From Promethearchaeota archaeon (lineage in GTDB: Archaea; Asgardarchaeota; Lokiarchaeia; Sigyniarchaeales; SOKP01): 64,000 bases of DNA. Positions 29,503 through 40,024 of this stretch are shown here, one piece after another (position 1 is the stretch's first letter; each line of letters begins with the position of its first letter). The stretch is from positions 207,562 to 271,561 of the forward strand of contig JAEOTA010000081.1 in NCBI GenBank assembly GCA_016840085.1, written 5' to 3'. A program made the translations under genes and the position numbers. A model generated the notes under the pieces. The model saw only the letters and a program-made list of their open reading frames with translations. It did no database searches and was not told the DNA's origin.

Positions 29503-30126
29503 ATGCGAATCTTATGCATTGGGGATTCACATATACCTAATAGAGCTAAAGATCTCCCTGAACAAATATATAATAAATTAAATGATTTATCTAAAGAAGA
29601 ATTATTTGATTATACTTTCTTTACTGGAGATATAATTAATTATCCCGAGTTAATAGACTATTTGAAATTAAAAACTAAAAATAGTTTGTTTATAGTTATA
29701 GGAAACATGGATTATTATTATGGAAATCGAGATTCTCCCATGTATCAAGAATTAGATATCTTTTTTGAAGATACTTCTAAATTAATTATAGGTTTAACTC
29801 ACGGAGCAAAAATAAAACCAAGGGGAAATCAAACTCAATTAGAAAAACTTGCTATTGAAAATAAATATCAAATATTAGTATCTGGTCACACTCATAAGGA
29901 AGAAATTGTTCTTACAAAAAAGGGTATTTTGCTAATCAATCCTGGAAGTGTTACAGGTGCATGGTCTTTTCTAGCAACTGGTAATCCTTCCTTTGTAGAA
30001 TTATACATCAATAAAAACACAAAAGAAATTGAAGTAAATTTATTTCAAAAACAAAAGCAAACAAGGGAGATTAAACATTTCAAATATAATTACATCCTGA
30101 AGAATGATAAGATTCAAAATAAATAA
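29503..30126 (+). CDS. Vps29/YfcE(MJ0936)-family metallophosphoesterase
   Basis: Motifs GDSHIPNRAKDLP, GD, GNMD, THG, SGHTHK and INPGSVTGA. Confidence 0.88.
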   Translation: MRILCIGDSHIPNRAKDLPEQIYNKLNDLSKEELFDYTFFTGDIINYPELIDYLKLKTKNSLFIVIGNMDYYYGNRDSPMYQELDIFFEDTSKLIIGLTHGAKIKPRGNQTQLEKLAIENKYQILVSGHTHKEEIVLTKKGILLINPGSVTGAWSFLATGNPSFVELYINKNTKEIEVNLFQKQKQTREIKHFKYNYILKNDKIQNK

Positions 30127-30213
30127 TAGAATGTTCTTGTCTTCTGTTTAAACTAAATTTCTTTTTTTAACTCAACAATATATGCTGAGTAATAATGAAT
30201 TGCTAATATGTTT

Positions 30214-30621
30214 TTAATCCAAAACAATAATTTTGGGGAGTTTTAATCGCATACCAAGATTGTACTTGCCATCTGAGCCTTTTGAAAACCTTAATTTATT
30301 ATATCCAAACCTATTCTTTTTAAATAACATATGAAGTGTTGAATTTTCTCCATTTGCAAAAAATAATAAATCTTCTGGAGTAATCATAACTTCCAAGTCA
30401 TATTCCTCCAATTTTCCGCTTTTCATATTAAAACTTCCTTCTTCTGCTATTAAACTTAACCAAAAGTAAAGGTCTTCTTCAATTTGTAATCCTAAATTTA
30501 TCTTTGCTTTAAAATTATTCAATAATTTTACATTATTAGAATTCTTTCTCTTATCCTTTATTATGCTTTCAATTGTTTGTTGAAAGGTAATAAAGAGATT
30601 TTCTTTTTCTTCTTCTTTCAT
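30214..30621 (-). CDS. Hypothetical protein, SCP2-like fold
   Basis: Pattern (…YDLEVMITPEDLLFFANGE…) is reminiscent of SCP2. It is divergent from the ADH gene. Confidence 0.55.
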   Translation of the reverse strand: MKEEEKENLFITFQQTIESIIKDKRKNSNNVKLLNNFKAKINLGLQIEEDLYFWLSLIAEEGSFNMKSGKLEEYDLEVMITPEDLLFFANGENSTLHMLFKKNRFGYNKLRFSKGSDGKYNLGMRLKLPKIIVLD

Positions 30622-30805
30622 TTTCTCTCTAGCTTATATTATATATTTTGAATATATCCCCTTATATTCGTTTTTAAATCAAACAAATAATATTTGATAT
30701 ATTATTTATTAAATTTAATAAAAAAATAAATATTATTTACAATTTAAAGAATTATTTTTATTGTTTTAAATCTAAAATTATTGAAATTAAAGGTGAAAAA
30801 TGTAA

Positions 30806-32005
30806 ATGTGGTATTTTTATAGCCCTAACATAATATTTGGTGAAGAAGCTTTAGATTTTTTTGAAAATATAAGGGGAAAAAAATGTTTTATCGTTACTGA
30901 TAAAATTATTGAGGATTTAGGACTTTTAAGAATCTTAACTGAAAAGTTAGACAAATGTCAAAGGGTGTATACAGTTTTTAACGAAGTACTTCCAGATCCA
31001 AGAGAAGAAAGTGTTTTAAAAGCTAGAGAAATGTGTATTGATTATTCACCTGATTTAATTATTGCACTAGGAGGTGGTTCTGTTATAGATACTGCAAAAG
31101 CAGTTTGGTGTCTATATGAATTTCCAGAATATACTCTTGATGATATTCAAGTTAATAACAATGAATTATATGCAATGGGCAAAAAGTCAAAATTAATTGC
31201 GATCCCTACTACTTCTGGAACAGGAGCTGAAACAACAAATGTTGCAGTTATATCAAGATATGAGTATAATGTGTGGAGAAAACTTTTTTGCATGCATAAA
31301 GGTCTAGTCCCTACTTATGCCATTGTTGACCCAATATTTCCTAAAAAAATGCCTCCTAAATTAACAATATATACTGCTTTTGATGCTTTAGCACATTCGG
31401 TTGAAGGGTTGGTAACTCTCTGGAGAAATGAATTCAGTAATGCTTTATGCTTAAAAGCTATAGAGCTTATATTTAAATATTTGCCAATAACTTATAATAA
31501 TGGAGAAAATGAGGAAGCAAGGGATTATATGCATCAAGCAGCGAGCATATCGGGATTAGCTTTTGGAAATGCTCAAGTTATACTTGCACACACGTTAGGT
31601 CATAGCTTTGGCTCTATTTTTCATATTTCACATGGTGAAGCATGTGGTATTTCTCTTCCTTACGCTGTACAATATGTTTTAAATGATCCTGAAGGAGCGG
31701 CAGATACAATAAAGATTTATGCTAAATTAGCAAAACAGTTAGGTTGGGCTAAATGGAATGAAGAAAATAAAAAGGCAGCTTATAAAGTAGTAGAAAGGAT
31801 TAAAGAACTCCAAAAAGAAGTTAATTTTCCTACAAAGCTTAAAGAAACAGGTGTTTCAGAAGAAGATTTTGAAAAATATCTTAAAACGTTAATTTTATTA
31901 TGCTTTCAAGATTCTACTGGCGTATTAGGCCCAAGAGCTCCAAGTAAGGACGAATTTGAAAGACTATTTAGGTATGCATATGAAGGGAAAGATATTGATT
32001 TTTAG
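30806..32005 (+). CDS. Iron-containing alcohol dehydrogenase
   Basis: Motifs GGGSVID, IPTTSGTGAE, DALAHSVE, AHTLGH and HGEA. Confidence 0.93.
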   Translation: MWYFYSPNIIFGEEALDFFENIRGKKCFIVTDKIIEDLGLLRILTEKLDKCQRVYTVFNEVLPDPREESVLKAREMCIDYSPDLIIALGGGSVIDTAKAVWCLYEFPEYTLDDIQVNNNELYAMGKKSKLIAIPTTSGTGAETTNVAVISRYEYNVWRKLFCMHKGLVPTYAIVDPIFPKKMPPKLTIYTAFDALAHSVEGLVTLWRNEFSNALCLKAIELIFKYLPITYNNGENEEARDYMHQAASISGLAFGNAQVILAHTLGHSFGSIFHISHGEACGISLPYAVQYVLNDPEGAADTIKIYAKLAKQLGWAKWNEENKKAAYKVVERIKELQKEVNFPTKLKETGVSEEDFEKYLKTLILLCFQDSTGVLGPRAPSKDEFERLFRYAYEGKDIDF

Positions 32006-32177
32006 TTTAAATTTTTATTTTTTATTTTCTTAAAAAATTCATTTTTCAATAATCAAATTTCTTATTTGTTTCGTCAAACAGTAATTATGTTAAACATAAA
32101 TATTACGATATGATATTATCTTTTTAAAGAATTCTTAAAATTATTTTTACTAAGAAATTATTACAATAGTAAATGAC

Positions 32178-33911
32178 ATGACAATTCCTGAAAATGAAAA
32201 AGAAACTCTTGAGTTATTGGAGAAACATATAGGAAAGTCAATATGGGAAGTAACAGAATTGGAACGTTATAGATTTGGTTACTATGTACAAAATGATCAT
32301 ATTATTGGTTTATCTCTTTTTTCTTGTGGGTTATCTACTATTCCTGAAGAGATAAAGTCATTTTCTTCACTTAAAGAATTCTATTTAAGAGGAAATAATT
32401 TAAGATCGATTCCAGAAGAATTATGTGCTCTATCTTCACTGGAAATATTAGATTTAAGTGAAAATCATTTATCAAAATTACCAGATTTCATTAATTTGTT
32501 ATCTAATCTTAGAGAATTGGATTTAGAATCAAATAATTTAGCGGATATACCTGAAACAATGGGAAATATTTCATCTCTTGAACTTTTAGACTTAAGTGAA
32601 AATGAAATTATAGAGATACCATATTCTTTAGGAAATTTAATAAATTTAAAGACTTTAGATCTAAGTGGAAATAATATTGATTCTCTTCCAGATTCAATTG
32701 GTTCACTAAGATCCTTAGAAATATTATATTTAGGAAATAATAAGTTAAATACATTTCCTGAGTCAATTGGTTCATTAACATCATTGAAAAGATTGAATTT
32801 AAGAAATAATCGTATAAAAACACTGCCAGAAAGTATAGGCGATTTATCATTATTAAGTTCTTTTTTCTTAAAAGGAAACAGTCTAGAAAGCCTTCCTAAT
32901 TCAATAGGGAAATTAAATAATTTGATATATTTAGGCTTTACATCAAATAGACTAACTTCTCTTCCTGAAAGTATTGGTTCTCTTACCTCATTAGAAAATT
33001 TAAGTGTTTCCTCGAATAATTTAATTAAACTTCCCAATTCAATAGGTTCTCTTACATCTTTATTAAGATTAGAAATCTCAGACAATAAGTTAAAAAATTT
33101 ACCAGATTCAATTGGAGAATTATCGTCTCTTCAAATATTACGATGTGACCGCAATCAATTAACAGAGATCCCAGACTCAATAGGAGAACTAGAAAAATTA
33201 GAAATTTTAATACTTGAAATAAATAATTTAAGAAAGTTACCTGAATCAATAAACCAATTGAAGTCTCTTAGAGAATTAAATCTATATGACAATAAAATTG
33301 AAACTTTAACAGAATCTATAGGTGATCTTCCATCATTAGAAATATTGGATTTGGAAAAAAATGAATTGAAGGAACTCCCAGAGTCTATAGGTTCACTTGG
33401 TTCACTTTTAGAGCTGGATATATCTACAAATAAATTAGAAAGTGTCCCCCAAACTATTGGTTCACTTCCTTTAATAAAAAACTTAATGCTTGGGTTCAAT
33501 AAACTAAAAATCATACCAAAATCTTTAGGATTCCTTACATCGCTTGAAATCTTAGATTTAGGAAAAAATAATTTAATAGAAATTCCCGAAACCATAGGTT
33601 CTCTTACGTCACTAAAACATTTATATTTATATTACAATGAAATCGAAAATATTCCAGAATCAATCGGTTCATTGAATTCTTTAAAATATCTATATTTAGG
33701 TAATAATAGATTGAATGCACTTCCAGAATCAATAAGATATCTTAAAAACTTAAAATATTTGTTTTTAAGGACAAATAATCTGACAAAATTGCCAGAATCA
33801 TTAGAAGCATTACCATCTCTTCAATATTTAAATATCGAAAAAAATAATCTAAAAGGATACTTAGACTTGTTAGATAAATTAGAAATAAAAGGTATTAAAA
33901 TTTTAAAATAA
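32178..33911 (+). CDS. Leucine-rich repeat protein (about 22 repeats of 23 aa)
   Basis: Tandem LxxLxLxxNxLxxLPESIGxL repeats, with a short N-cap and no C-terminal effector domain. Confidence 0.95.
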   Translation: MTIPENEKETLELLEKHIGKSIWEVTELERYRFGYYVQNDHIIGLSLFSCGLSTIPEEIKSFSSLKEFYLRGNNLRSIPEELCALSSLEILDLSENHLSKLPDFINLLSNLRELDLESNNLADIPETMGNISSLELLDLSENEIIEIPYSLGNLINLKTLDLSGNNIDSLPDSIGSLRSLEILYLGNNKLNTFPESIGSLTSLKRLNLRNNRIKTLPESIGDLSLLSSFFLKGNSLESLPNSIGKLNNLIYLGFTSNRLTSLPESIGSLTSLENLSVSSNNLIKLPNSIGSLTSLLRLEISDNKLKNLPDSIGELSSLQILRCDRNQLTEIPDSIGELEKLEILILEINNLRKLPESINQLKSLRELNLYDNKIETLTESIGDLPSLEILDLEKNELKELPESIGSLGSLLELDISTNKLESVPQTIGSLPLIKNLMLGFNKLKIIPKSLGFLTSLEILDLGKNNLIEIPETIGSLTSLKHLYLYYNEIENIPESIGSLNSLKYLYLGNNRLNALPESIRYLKNLKYLFLRTNNLTKLPESLEALPSLQYLNIEKNNLKGYLDLLDKLEIKGIKILK

Positions 33912-34056
33912 TAAAATCTATCTTATAAGATCTCTGTATTTTATTTTTAAAACTATTATCTTAGTTTAAACTACTATTTTATTATTAGTAATTATTTTAC
34001 TGCACGATATTCCTTATAGGTTTAGTAATTTTAAAACAATATAATTTAAATATTAA

Positions 34057-36096
34057 ATGGAGTTAGTTAAAACTATGGATATTTCAAAAGCTATGAAAAT
34101 TAAGTTATCAGAGGAATTACCTCCATATCCAAAATTCGTAGAAGGGATAAGAAGAGCACCGTCTCGGGGATTTAAACTTACTCCTGCTCAAACAAAGCTA
34201 GCTCTTAAAAATGCTTTGAGATATATTCCGCCAGTTTTACATGAAAAATTAGTTCCAGAGTTTTTAGAAGAATTAATTACTAGAGGACGAATTTATGGGT
34301 ATAGATTCAGACCTGAGGGACATATTAAAGCAAAATCTATAGATGAATATAAGGGAAATATTCTTGAAGGTAAAGCTTTGCAAGTTATGATAGATAATAA
34401 TTTAGACTTTGATGTGGCACTTTACCCTTATGAATTAGTTACATATGGAGAAAGTGGGCAAGTATTTCAAAATTGGATGCAATATCGCATAATAAAAATG
34501 TATCTTGAAGAAATGACTGAAAATCAAACTCTTATTGTAGCCTCAGGGCATCCTATAGGCCTTTTCCCTACTTCACCTACTACACCCAGAGTAATTTCTA
34601 CTAATGGATTAATGGTTGGCATGTTTGATAATCCTGATGATTTTAATTTGGTAGCAGCTTTAGGCGTCGCTAATTATGGTCAGATGACAGCCGGAGGTTG
34701 GATGTATATTGGACCTCAGGGAATTGTGCATGGTACCTATATTACGTTATTAAATGCAGCGCGGTTATATCTTAAAATCCCACAGGATAAAGATTTAAAA
34801 CGGATTCTATATTTATCTTCTGGTCTTGGTGGTATGAGTGGAGCTCAAGCTAAGGCAGTAGAGATTGCAGGTGGGATTGGCGTCATTGCTGAAGTAGATA
34901 AATCAAGGATTAAAACTAGACATGAACAAGGATGGGTTTCTAAGATCTCGGATGATTTAGATGAAATTTTTAAATGGGTAGAGGATGCAAGGAAATCGGG
35001 TATACCTTTATCTATAGCGTATCATGGAAATATTGTGAATTTATGGGAATATGTGGTTGAAAATAATATAAAAGTAGAACTTGCATCAGATCAAACTTCT
35101 TGCCATGCTGTGTACGAAGGAGGATATACTCCTTATCAAATTAGCTTCAAAGAAGGAAGGGAGTTAATTAAAACTAACATCGAGAGATTCAAACAATTAG
35201 TAGATGAATCTTTAAAGGAAACCTTTAAACTTATTAAAATCATGAAAAATAGGGGAACTCACTTTTGGGATTATGGAAATTCTTTTATGAAAGCTGTATT
35301 TGATGCAGGAGCTAAAGAAATTGCAATAAATGGAACTGATCCTGCTGAAGGATTTATCTTTCCATCATATGTAGAAGATATTATGGGACCAATATGTTTT
35401 GATTATGGATATGGTCCATTTCGATGGGTATGTTTATCTGGAAAAGAAGAAGATTTGGATAAAACTGATCAGGCAGCGATGAGTTTTATTAATCCTGAGA
35501 GAAGAACTCAAGATAGAGATAATTATTATTGGATTAGAGACGCTAAAAAAAACAGGCTAGTTGTAGGGACAAAAGCTCGAATTCTATATGCTGATGCCAA
35601 AGAGCGTATCGATATCGCTCTTAAATTTAATGAATTAGTGAGGAAGGGAGAGATTGGGCCAATAATGTTAGGTAGAGATCATCATGATGTTTCTGGGACA
35701 GATTCACCTTTTAGAGAAACTTCAAATATCCGAGATGGAAGTAATGTGATGGCAGAAATGGCAGTTCATTGTTTTGCGGGGAATGCTGTTAGAGGTATGA
35801 CTTATGTAGTTTTATCTAATGGAGGTGGTGTAGGCATTGGAAAATGTTTTAACGGTGGTTTTGGCTTAGTTTTAAATGGATCTGAAAGAGTTGATAACAT
35901 TATCAAAAATGCTATTGAATGGGATGTTATGGGGGGTATAGCGAGAAGAAGTTGGGCTAGAAACCCTAATGCTTTTCAAACTGCTTATAATTGGAATATA
36001 GAAAATGAAAAGAGAGGGCATTTAACACTACCATTTATAGCAGAAGATACACTTTTAGATGAAATTGTTGAAGATTATTTAGATAAATTAGAGTAA
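34057..36096 (+). CDS. hutU: Urocanate hydratase (long, about 680-aa type)
   Basis: Motifs GQMTAGGWMYIGPQGIVHGT, GLGGMSGAQ, SDQTSCH, GPFRW and GRDHHD. Confidence 0.95.
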   Translation: MELVKTMDISKAMKIKLSEELPPYPKFVEGIRRAPSRGFKLTPAQTKLALKNALRYIPPVLHEKLVPEFLEELITRGRIYGYRFRPEGHIKAKSIDEYKGNILEGKALQVMIDNNLDFDVALYPYELVTYGESGQVFQNWMQYRIIKMYLEEMTENQTLIVASGHPIGLFPTSPTTPRVISTNGLMVGMFDNPDDFNLVAALGVANYGQMTAGGWMYIGPQGIVHGTYITLLNAARLYLKIPQDKDLKRILYLSSGLGGMSGAQAKAVEIAGGIGVIAEVDKSRIKTRHEQGWVSKISDDLDEIFKWVEDARKSGIPLSIAYHGNIVNLWEYVVENNIKVELASDQTSCHAVYEGGYTPYQISFKEGRELIKTNIERFKQLVDESLKETFKLIKIMKNRGTHFWDYGNSFMKAVFDAGAKEIAINGTDPAEGFIFPSYVEDIMGPICFDYGYGPFRWVCLSGKEEDLDKTDQAAMSFINPERRTQDRDNYYWIRDAKKNRLVVGTKARILYADAKERIDIALKFNELVRKGEIGPIMLGRDHHDVSGTDSPFRETSNIRDGSNVMAEMAVHCFAGNAVRGMTYVVLSNGGGVGIGKCFNGGFGLVLNGSERVDNIIKNAIEWDVMGGIARRSWARNPNAFQTAYNWNIENEKRGHLTLPFIAEDTLLDEIVEDYLDKLE

Positions 36097-36170
36097 TAAC
36101 TTTTAATTATTAATAATTCAAAATTGTTTTAATATAGTCAATTTAATATAAAATATAATGAGGAAATAAT

Positions 36171-37697
36171 ATGGTAGAGAAATTCGGATACGGAATCGAT
36201 CAATTGACAATAGATAAAGCCTTAAAGATTGCACGTGGTCAAATAATAGGCATTTTATCTGATGATATTAAATCTAAAATAGAGGAGAATTTTAATGCAG
36301 TTCAATCAATTGCTAATGGAGATAAATTAGTATATAGCATTAACACTGGCTTGGGCCCATTGTGCACAACAAGAATTTCAAGAGAAGAAACTTCCAAATT
36401 GCAGGAAAATCTACTTAAGAGTCATAGTGTAGGAGTTGGATCATCTATAAGCCATGAAATTTCAAAATTGATGTTAATACTGAAAGTTCATGCTTTATGT
36501 ATGGGTGTTTCTGGAATTTCATTACAATTAGTAGAGAGGATTTGCTGGCACATAGACAATAATCTTATTCCGTTAGTTCCTGAGCAAGGATCAGTTGGGG
36601 CATCAGGTGATTTAGCTCCACTAGCTCATTTATTTTTACCTTTAATTGGATTAGGCTATTTATCAAAGGAGGGGAGTGATTTTATTCCAACACACTTAAT
36701 ATTAAAAGAACACAATTTAAAACCATTGAAACTTCATGCAAAAGAAGGTATAGCTTTAATTAATGGAACACAATTTATTACTGCACATGCATTAAAAGTA
36801 TCAGAAAAATTATCAAACTGTCTTGATCATGCAGATCTCATAGGTGCTCTAACTCTTGAAAGTTATTTAGGATCACCTCAACCCTTTGTAGAAAAGTTAA
36901 TAAAACTAAGACCCCATAAGGGTGCTTTGATTGTAGCAAAAAGATTTAGAAAATTTTTAGAAGACTCTCAATTAGTAGAATCACATAAAGATTGTGGAAG
37001 AGTGCAAGATCCTTATTCAATTAGGTGTATACCACAAGTTCATGGTACATCAAGAGATGCTTTAGAACATTTAAATGAAAAATTATTATGTGAGTTAAAT
37101 TCAGTTACTGATAATCCTATTATTTTTAATGAAACTGAAACTTATAGTGGTGGGAATTTTCATGGACAACCCCTTGCTTTACCTTTGGATTATGTGAGTT
37201 TTGCTGCTTCTGAACTTGGAAATATTTCTGATAGACGAACTTATTTGCTAATCGAAGGAAAATGGGGATTACCTTCATATTTAATAGAGAATGCAGGACT
37301 AAATTCTGGATTTATGATAACACAATATACTTCAGCAGCTCTGGTTAGTGAAAATAAAACTCTCTGTTTTCCTGCAAGTGCAGATAGTATTCCTACAGGA
37401 GGTGGACAGGAAGATCATGTAAGTATGGGATCTATAAGTGCCAGAAAGGCCCTTAGAATAATAGAGAATCTTGAAAAGATACTTGCTATTGAGCTTTTAT
37501 GTGCTGCACAAGCATTTGATTTTAGGAGACCTTTGAAATCAAGCAAAGTCATTGAAAATTGCCACAAATGCATACGTAAGAAAATACCACATATAAATGA
37601 AGATACTATATTATCCAAATATATAAACGTCTCAGTAGAAATTATAAGAAGTAATGAATTATTAAATATCGCTCAAAAATTCCTAGAAGGGGCTTAA
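36171..37697 (+). CDS. hutH: Histidine ammonia-lyase
   Basis: MIO motif GSVGASGDLAPL, plus KEGIALING, QDPYSIRC, SGGNFHG and QEDHVSMG. Confidence 0.95.
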   Translation: MVEKFGYGIDQLTIDKALKIARGQIIGILSDDIKSKIEENFNAVQSIANGDKLVYSINTGLGPLCTTRISREETSKLQENLLKSHSVGVGSSISHEISKLMLILKVHALCMGVSGISLQLVERICWHIDNNLIPLVPEQGSVGASGDLAPLAHLFLPLIGLGYLSKEGSDFIPTHLILKEHNLKPLKLHAKEGIALINGTQFITAHALKVSEKLSNCLDHADLIGALTLESYLGSPQPFVEKLIKLRPHKGALIVAKRFRKFLEDSQLVESHKDCGRVQDPYSIRCIPQVHGTSRDALEHLNEKLLCELNSVTDNPIIFNETETYSGGNFHGQPLALPLDYVSFAASELGNISDRRTYLLIEGKWGLPSYLIENAGLNSGFMITQYTSAALVSENKTLCFPASADSIPTGGGQEDHVSMGSISARKALRIIENLEKILAIELLCAAQAFDFRRPLKSSKVIENCHKCIRKKIPHINEDTILSKYINVSVEIIRSNELLNIAQKFLEGA

Positions 37698-37698
37698 T

Positions 37699-39006
37699 AT
37701 GTTTGTAGCTTCAACATATTCAAAAAAACAAATCTTTACTGATGTGGAGCCAGATCTCGTTATTTTTCATGCTAATCAACTTGTTACCATGGATACTACA
37801 TTTGGTGCCCCGAGAATAAATGAAGAAATGTCTGAGTTGGCAATTATACATGACGGAGCAGTTGCAGTTAAAGATGAAAGAATTATTTTTGTAGGGACAA
37901 CTGAAGAACTAATGTCAAAATTTGAATTTGGGAAAATTCATACAAAAATAAATGCAAAAAACAGATTAGTTACTCCTGGTTTTGTGGATCCGCACACTCA
38001 TGTTATTTTTGGTGGTACAAGAGAAATTGAATTATCCTTAAAAATTAACGGAAAAACATATCTAGAGATTTTAAATGAAGGAGGGGGAATTTTAAAAACT
38101 GTTAGAGAAACCAGGGAAGCTTCATTAGCTAAGTTAATAGAAAATGGGAAAAAAATTTTAGATCGAATGATGTTTTATGGTACAACCACAGCAGAAATAA
38201 AGTCTGGTTATGGATTAACTACTGAAAGTGAACTAAAAATATTAAGAGCCGCTAAAATCTTAAATGAAGAACATCCTATAGATATAATCTCAACGTTTTT
38301 AGGTGCCCATGCAATACCCCCCGAATATAAAGATAACCCAGATGATTATGTTGATTTAATTATTTCAGAAATGATTCCAACAGTTGTTAAAGAAGAACTT
38401 GCAGAATTTTGTGATGTATTTTGTGAAAAAGGAATATTTTCAATAAAACAAACTAGAAAAATAATTAATAGAGCGAAAAGATATGGATTAAAACCTCAGA
38501 TTCATATTGATGAAATCGTTGATACAAATGGCGCCTTATTAGCTGCTGAAGTGAAAGCAATTCAAACAGGACATTTACTTAAATCGAATGATCATGGGTT
38601 AAAAGCAATGGCAGATGCGGGGATCATTGCAACTCTCTTACCTGGAACTCCTTTCTGTTTAATGTCAAATGAATATGCTCCCGCAAGAAAGATGATTCAA
38701 ATGGGAATCCCAATAGCAATAGCAACTGATCTTAATCCAAATTGTTGGACAGAATCAATGCAAATGATTATTGCATTAACCTGTTACAATATGAAACTAA
38801 CTCCTGCTGAAGCTTTATCTGCAGCAACTATTAATAGCGCATGTGCTCTTCAAAGACAAGATGAAATTGGGAGTTTAGAAATAGGAAAAAAGGCAGATTT
38901 AATTATATTTGAAGTTCCAAATTATCATTTCATTCCTTATCATTTTGGAATTAATTTAGTATCTAAAGTAATTAAGAATGGAAAAATTGTAGTTGATAAT
39001 AAATAA
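37699..39006 (+). CDS. hutI: Imidazolonepropionase
   Basis: Motifs PGFVDPHTH, EIKSGYG, FLGAHA, DVFCE and ATDLNP. Confidence 0.93.
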   Translation: MFVASTYSKKQIFTDVEPDLVIFHANQLVTMDTTFGAPRINEEMSELAIIHDGAVAVKDERIIFVGTTEELMSKFEFGKIHTKINAKNRLVTPGFVDPHTHVIFGGTREIELSLKINGKTYLEILNEGGGILKTVRETREASLAKLIENGKKILDRMMFYGTTTAEIKSGYGLTTESELKILRAAKILNEEHPIDIISTFLGAHAIPPEYKDNPDDYVDLIISEMIPTVVKEELAEFCDVFCEKGIFSIKQTRKIINRAKRYGLKPQIHIDEIVDTNGALLAAEVKAIQTGHLLKSNDHGLKAMADAGIIATLLPGTPFCLMSNEYAPARKMIQMGIPIAIATDLNPNCWTESMQMIIALTCYNMKLTPAEALSAATINSACALQRQDEIGSLEIGKKADLIIFEVPNYHFIPYHFGINLVSKVIKNGKIVVDNK

Positions 39007-39018
39007 TTGATGGATTTA

Positions 39019-39936
39019 TTAAAAATCAAAATAATGCTCTAACAAATGCTTTTCTTCAAGTTTTGCTGGTTTTTCAAGTTGCAAATAATATTCTAATGAG
39101 TTTAATACAGCATCTAAAGGTAAAACACCTATCAATTCTGTTCCTATTATAGCTACACCATAACGGGCAGCTTCAAGTCTCACTAATTCCATTTGTCGAT
39201 AGAGAGGAGTCTTCCTAAAATTTATATTGGAAATCCCTACTTGCACATATTCCCGTTTTGCCAATTCTGTTCCCATTGCTTTAATATTTACTAGTCCACC
39301 TGAACGTAAATGTATTGATTTCGCTACTTTTTTAGCAATTTTAAGATCTTTAGTCCCTAGATTAATATTAAAGCTAATTAAAGGATTTCTAGCACCTGTT
39401 ATAGTAGCACCTGCCGTTGGATGAAGCTCAGACGGACCAAGATCAGGTTTACGTTCAGGATCTGTTTTGATTGTCTCTTTCAACCCTTCATACTCTCCAA
39501 CACGAATATTATCTATATTTGTTCTTTCCATTTTTCTGGCAGATTCTTCATATAAGTATACAGGAATACCTTCTTTTGCTATAGCTTCTGCAAATTTTAT
39601 TGATAATTCAATACACTCCTCCATAGTCACATTTTGAGCAGGTACAAATGGAACAACATCAACAGCTCCAATTCTTGGATGTTGTCCTTTATGTTTGGTT
39701 ATATCAATTAATTCAATAGCTTTTTTAGCAGCGGTAATATTTGCTCTTAAAACAGCTTCAGGTATTCCTACAAAAGTAATTACAGCTCGATTGTAATCAG
39801 AATCATATTGAACATCAACGATGCGCGTGTTAGGAGTGTTTTTAATTACTGATACAATTAATTCAATCTTCTCTCTATCTATTCCTTCACTATAGTTAGG
39901 AACCGATTCTACAATTTTCTTTTTTCCTCTTTCCAT
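39019..39936 (-). CDS. Glutamate formiminotransferase (FTCD N-terminal domains)
   Basis: Motifs ESVPNYSEG, HKGQHPRIGAVDVVPF, IRVGEYEG and GARNPLISFN. Confidence 0.92.
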   Translation of the reverse strand: MERGKKKIVESVPNYSEGIDREKIELIVSVIKNTPNTRIVDVQYDSDYNRAVITFVGIPEAVLRANITAAKKAIELIDITKHKGQHPRIGAVDVVPFVPAQNVTMEECIELSIKFAEAIAKEGIPVYLYEESARKMERTNIDNIRVGEYEGLKETIKTDPERKPDLGPSELHPTAGATITGARNPLISFNINLGTKDLKIAKKVAKSIHLRSGGLVNIKAMGTELAKREYVQVGISNINFRKTPLYRQMELVRLEAARYGVAIIGTELIGVLPLDAVLNSLEYYLQLEKPAKLEEKHLLEHYFDF

Positions 39937-40024
39937 AATAAATAGCCTAGAAAAATTTGTTTTAATTTTAATAAAAATATAAAATTAATATTATTCTTAC
40001 GAATAAATAAAATTAACTTTACAA

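Noticed and set aside
32465-33595. Long antisense ORFs (206, 146, 80, 65 aa) inside the LRR gene
   Set aside because: They are shadow ORFs produced by the repetitive LRR codon pattern.
32330-33850. Periodic DNA repeats resembling an array
   Set aside because: The period is 69 nt, the repeats are degenerate and fully explained by LRR coding. This is not CRISPR.
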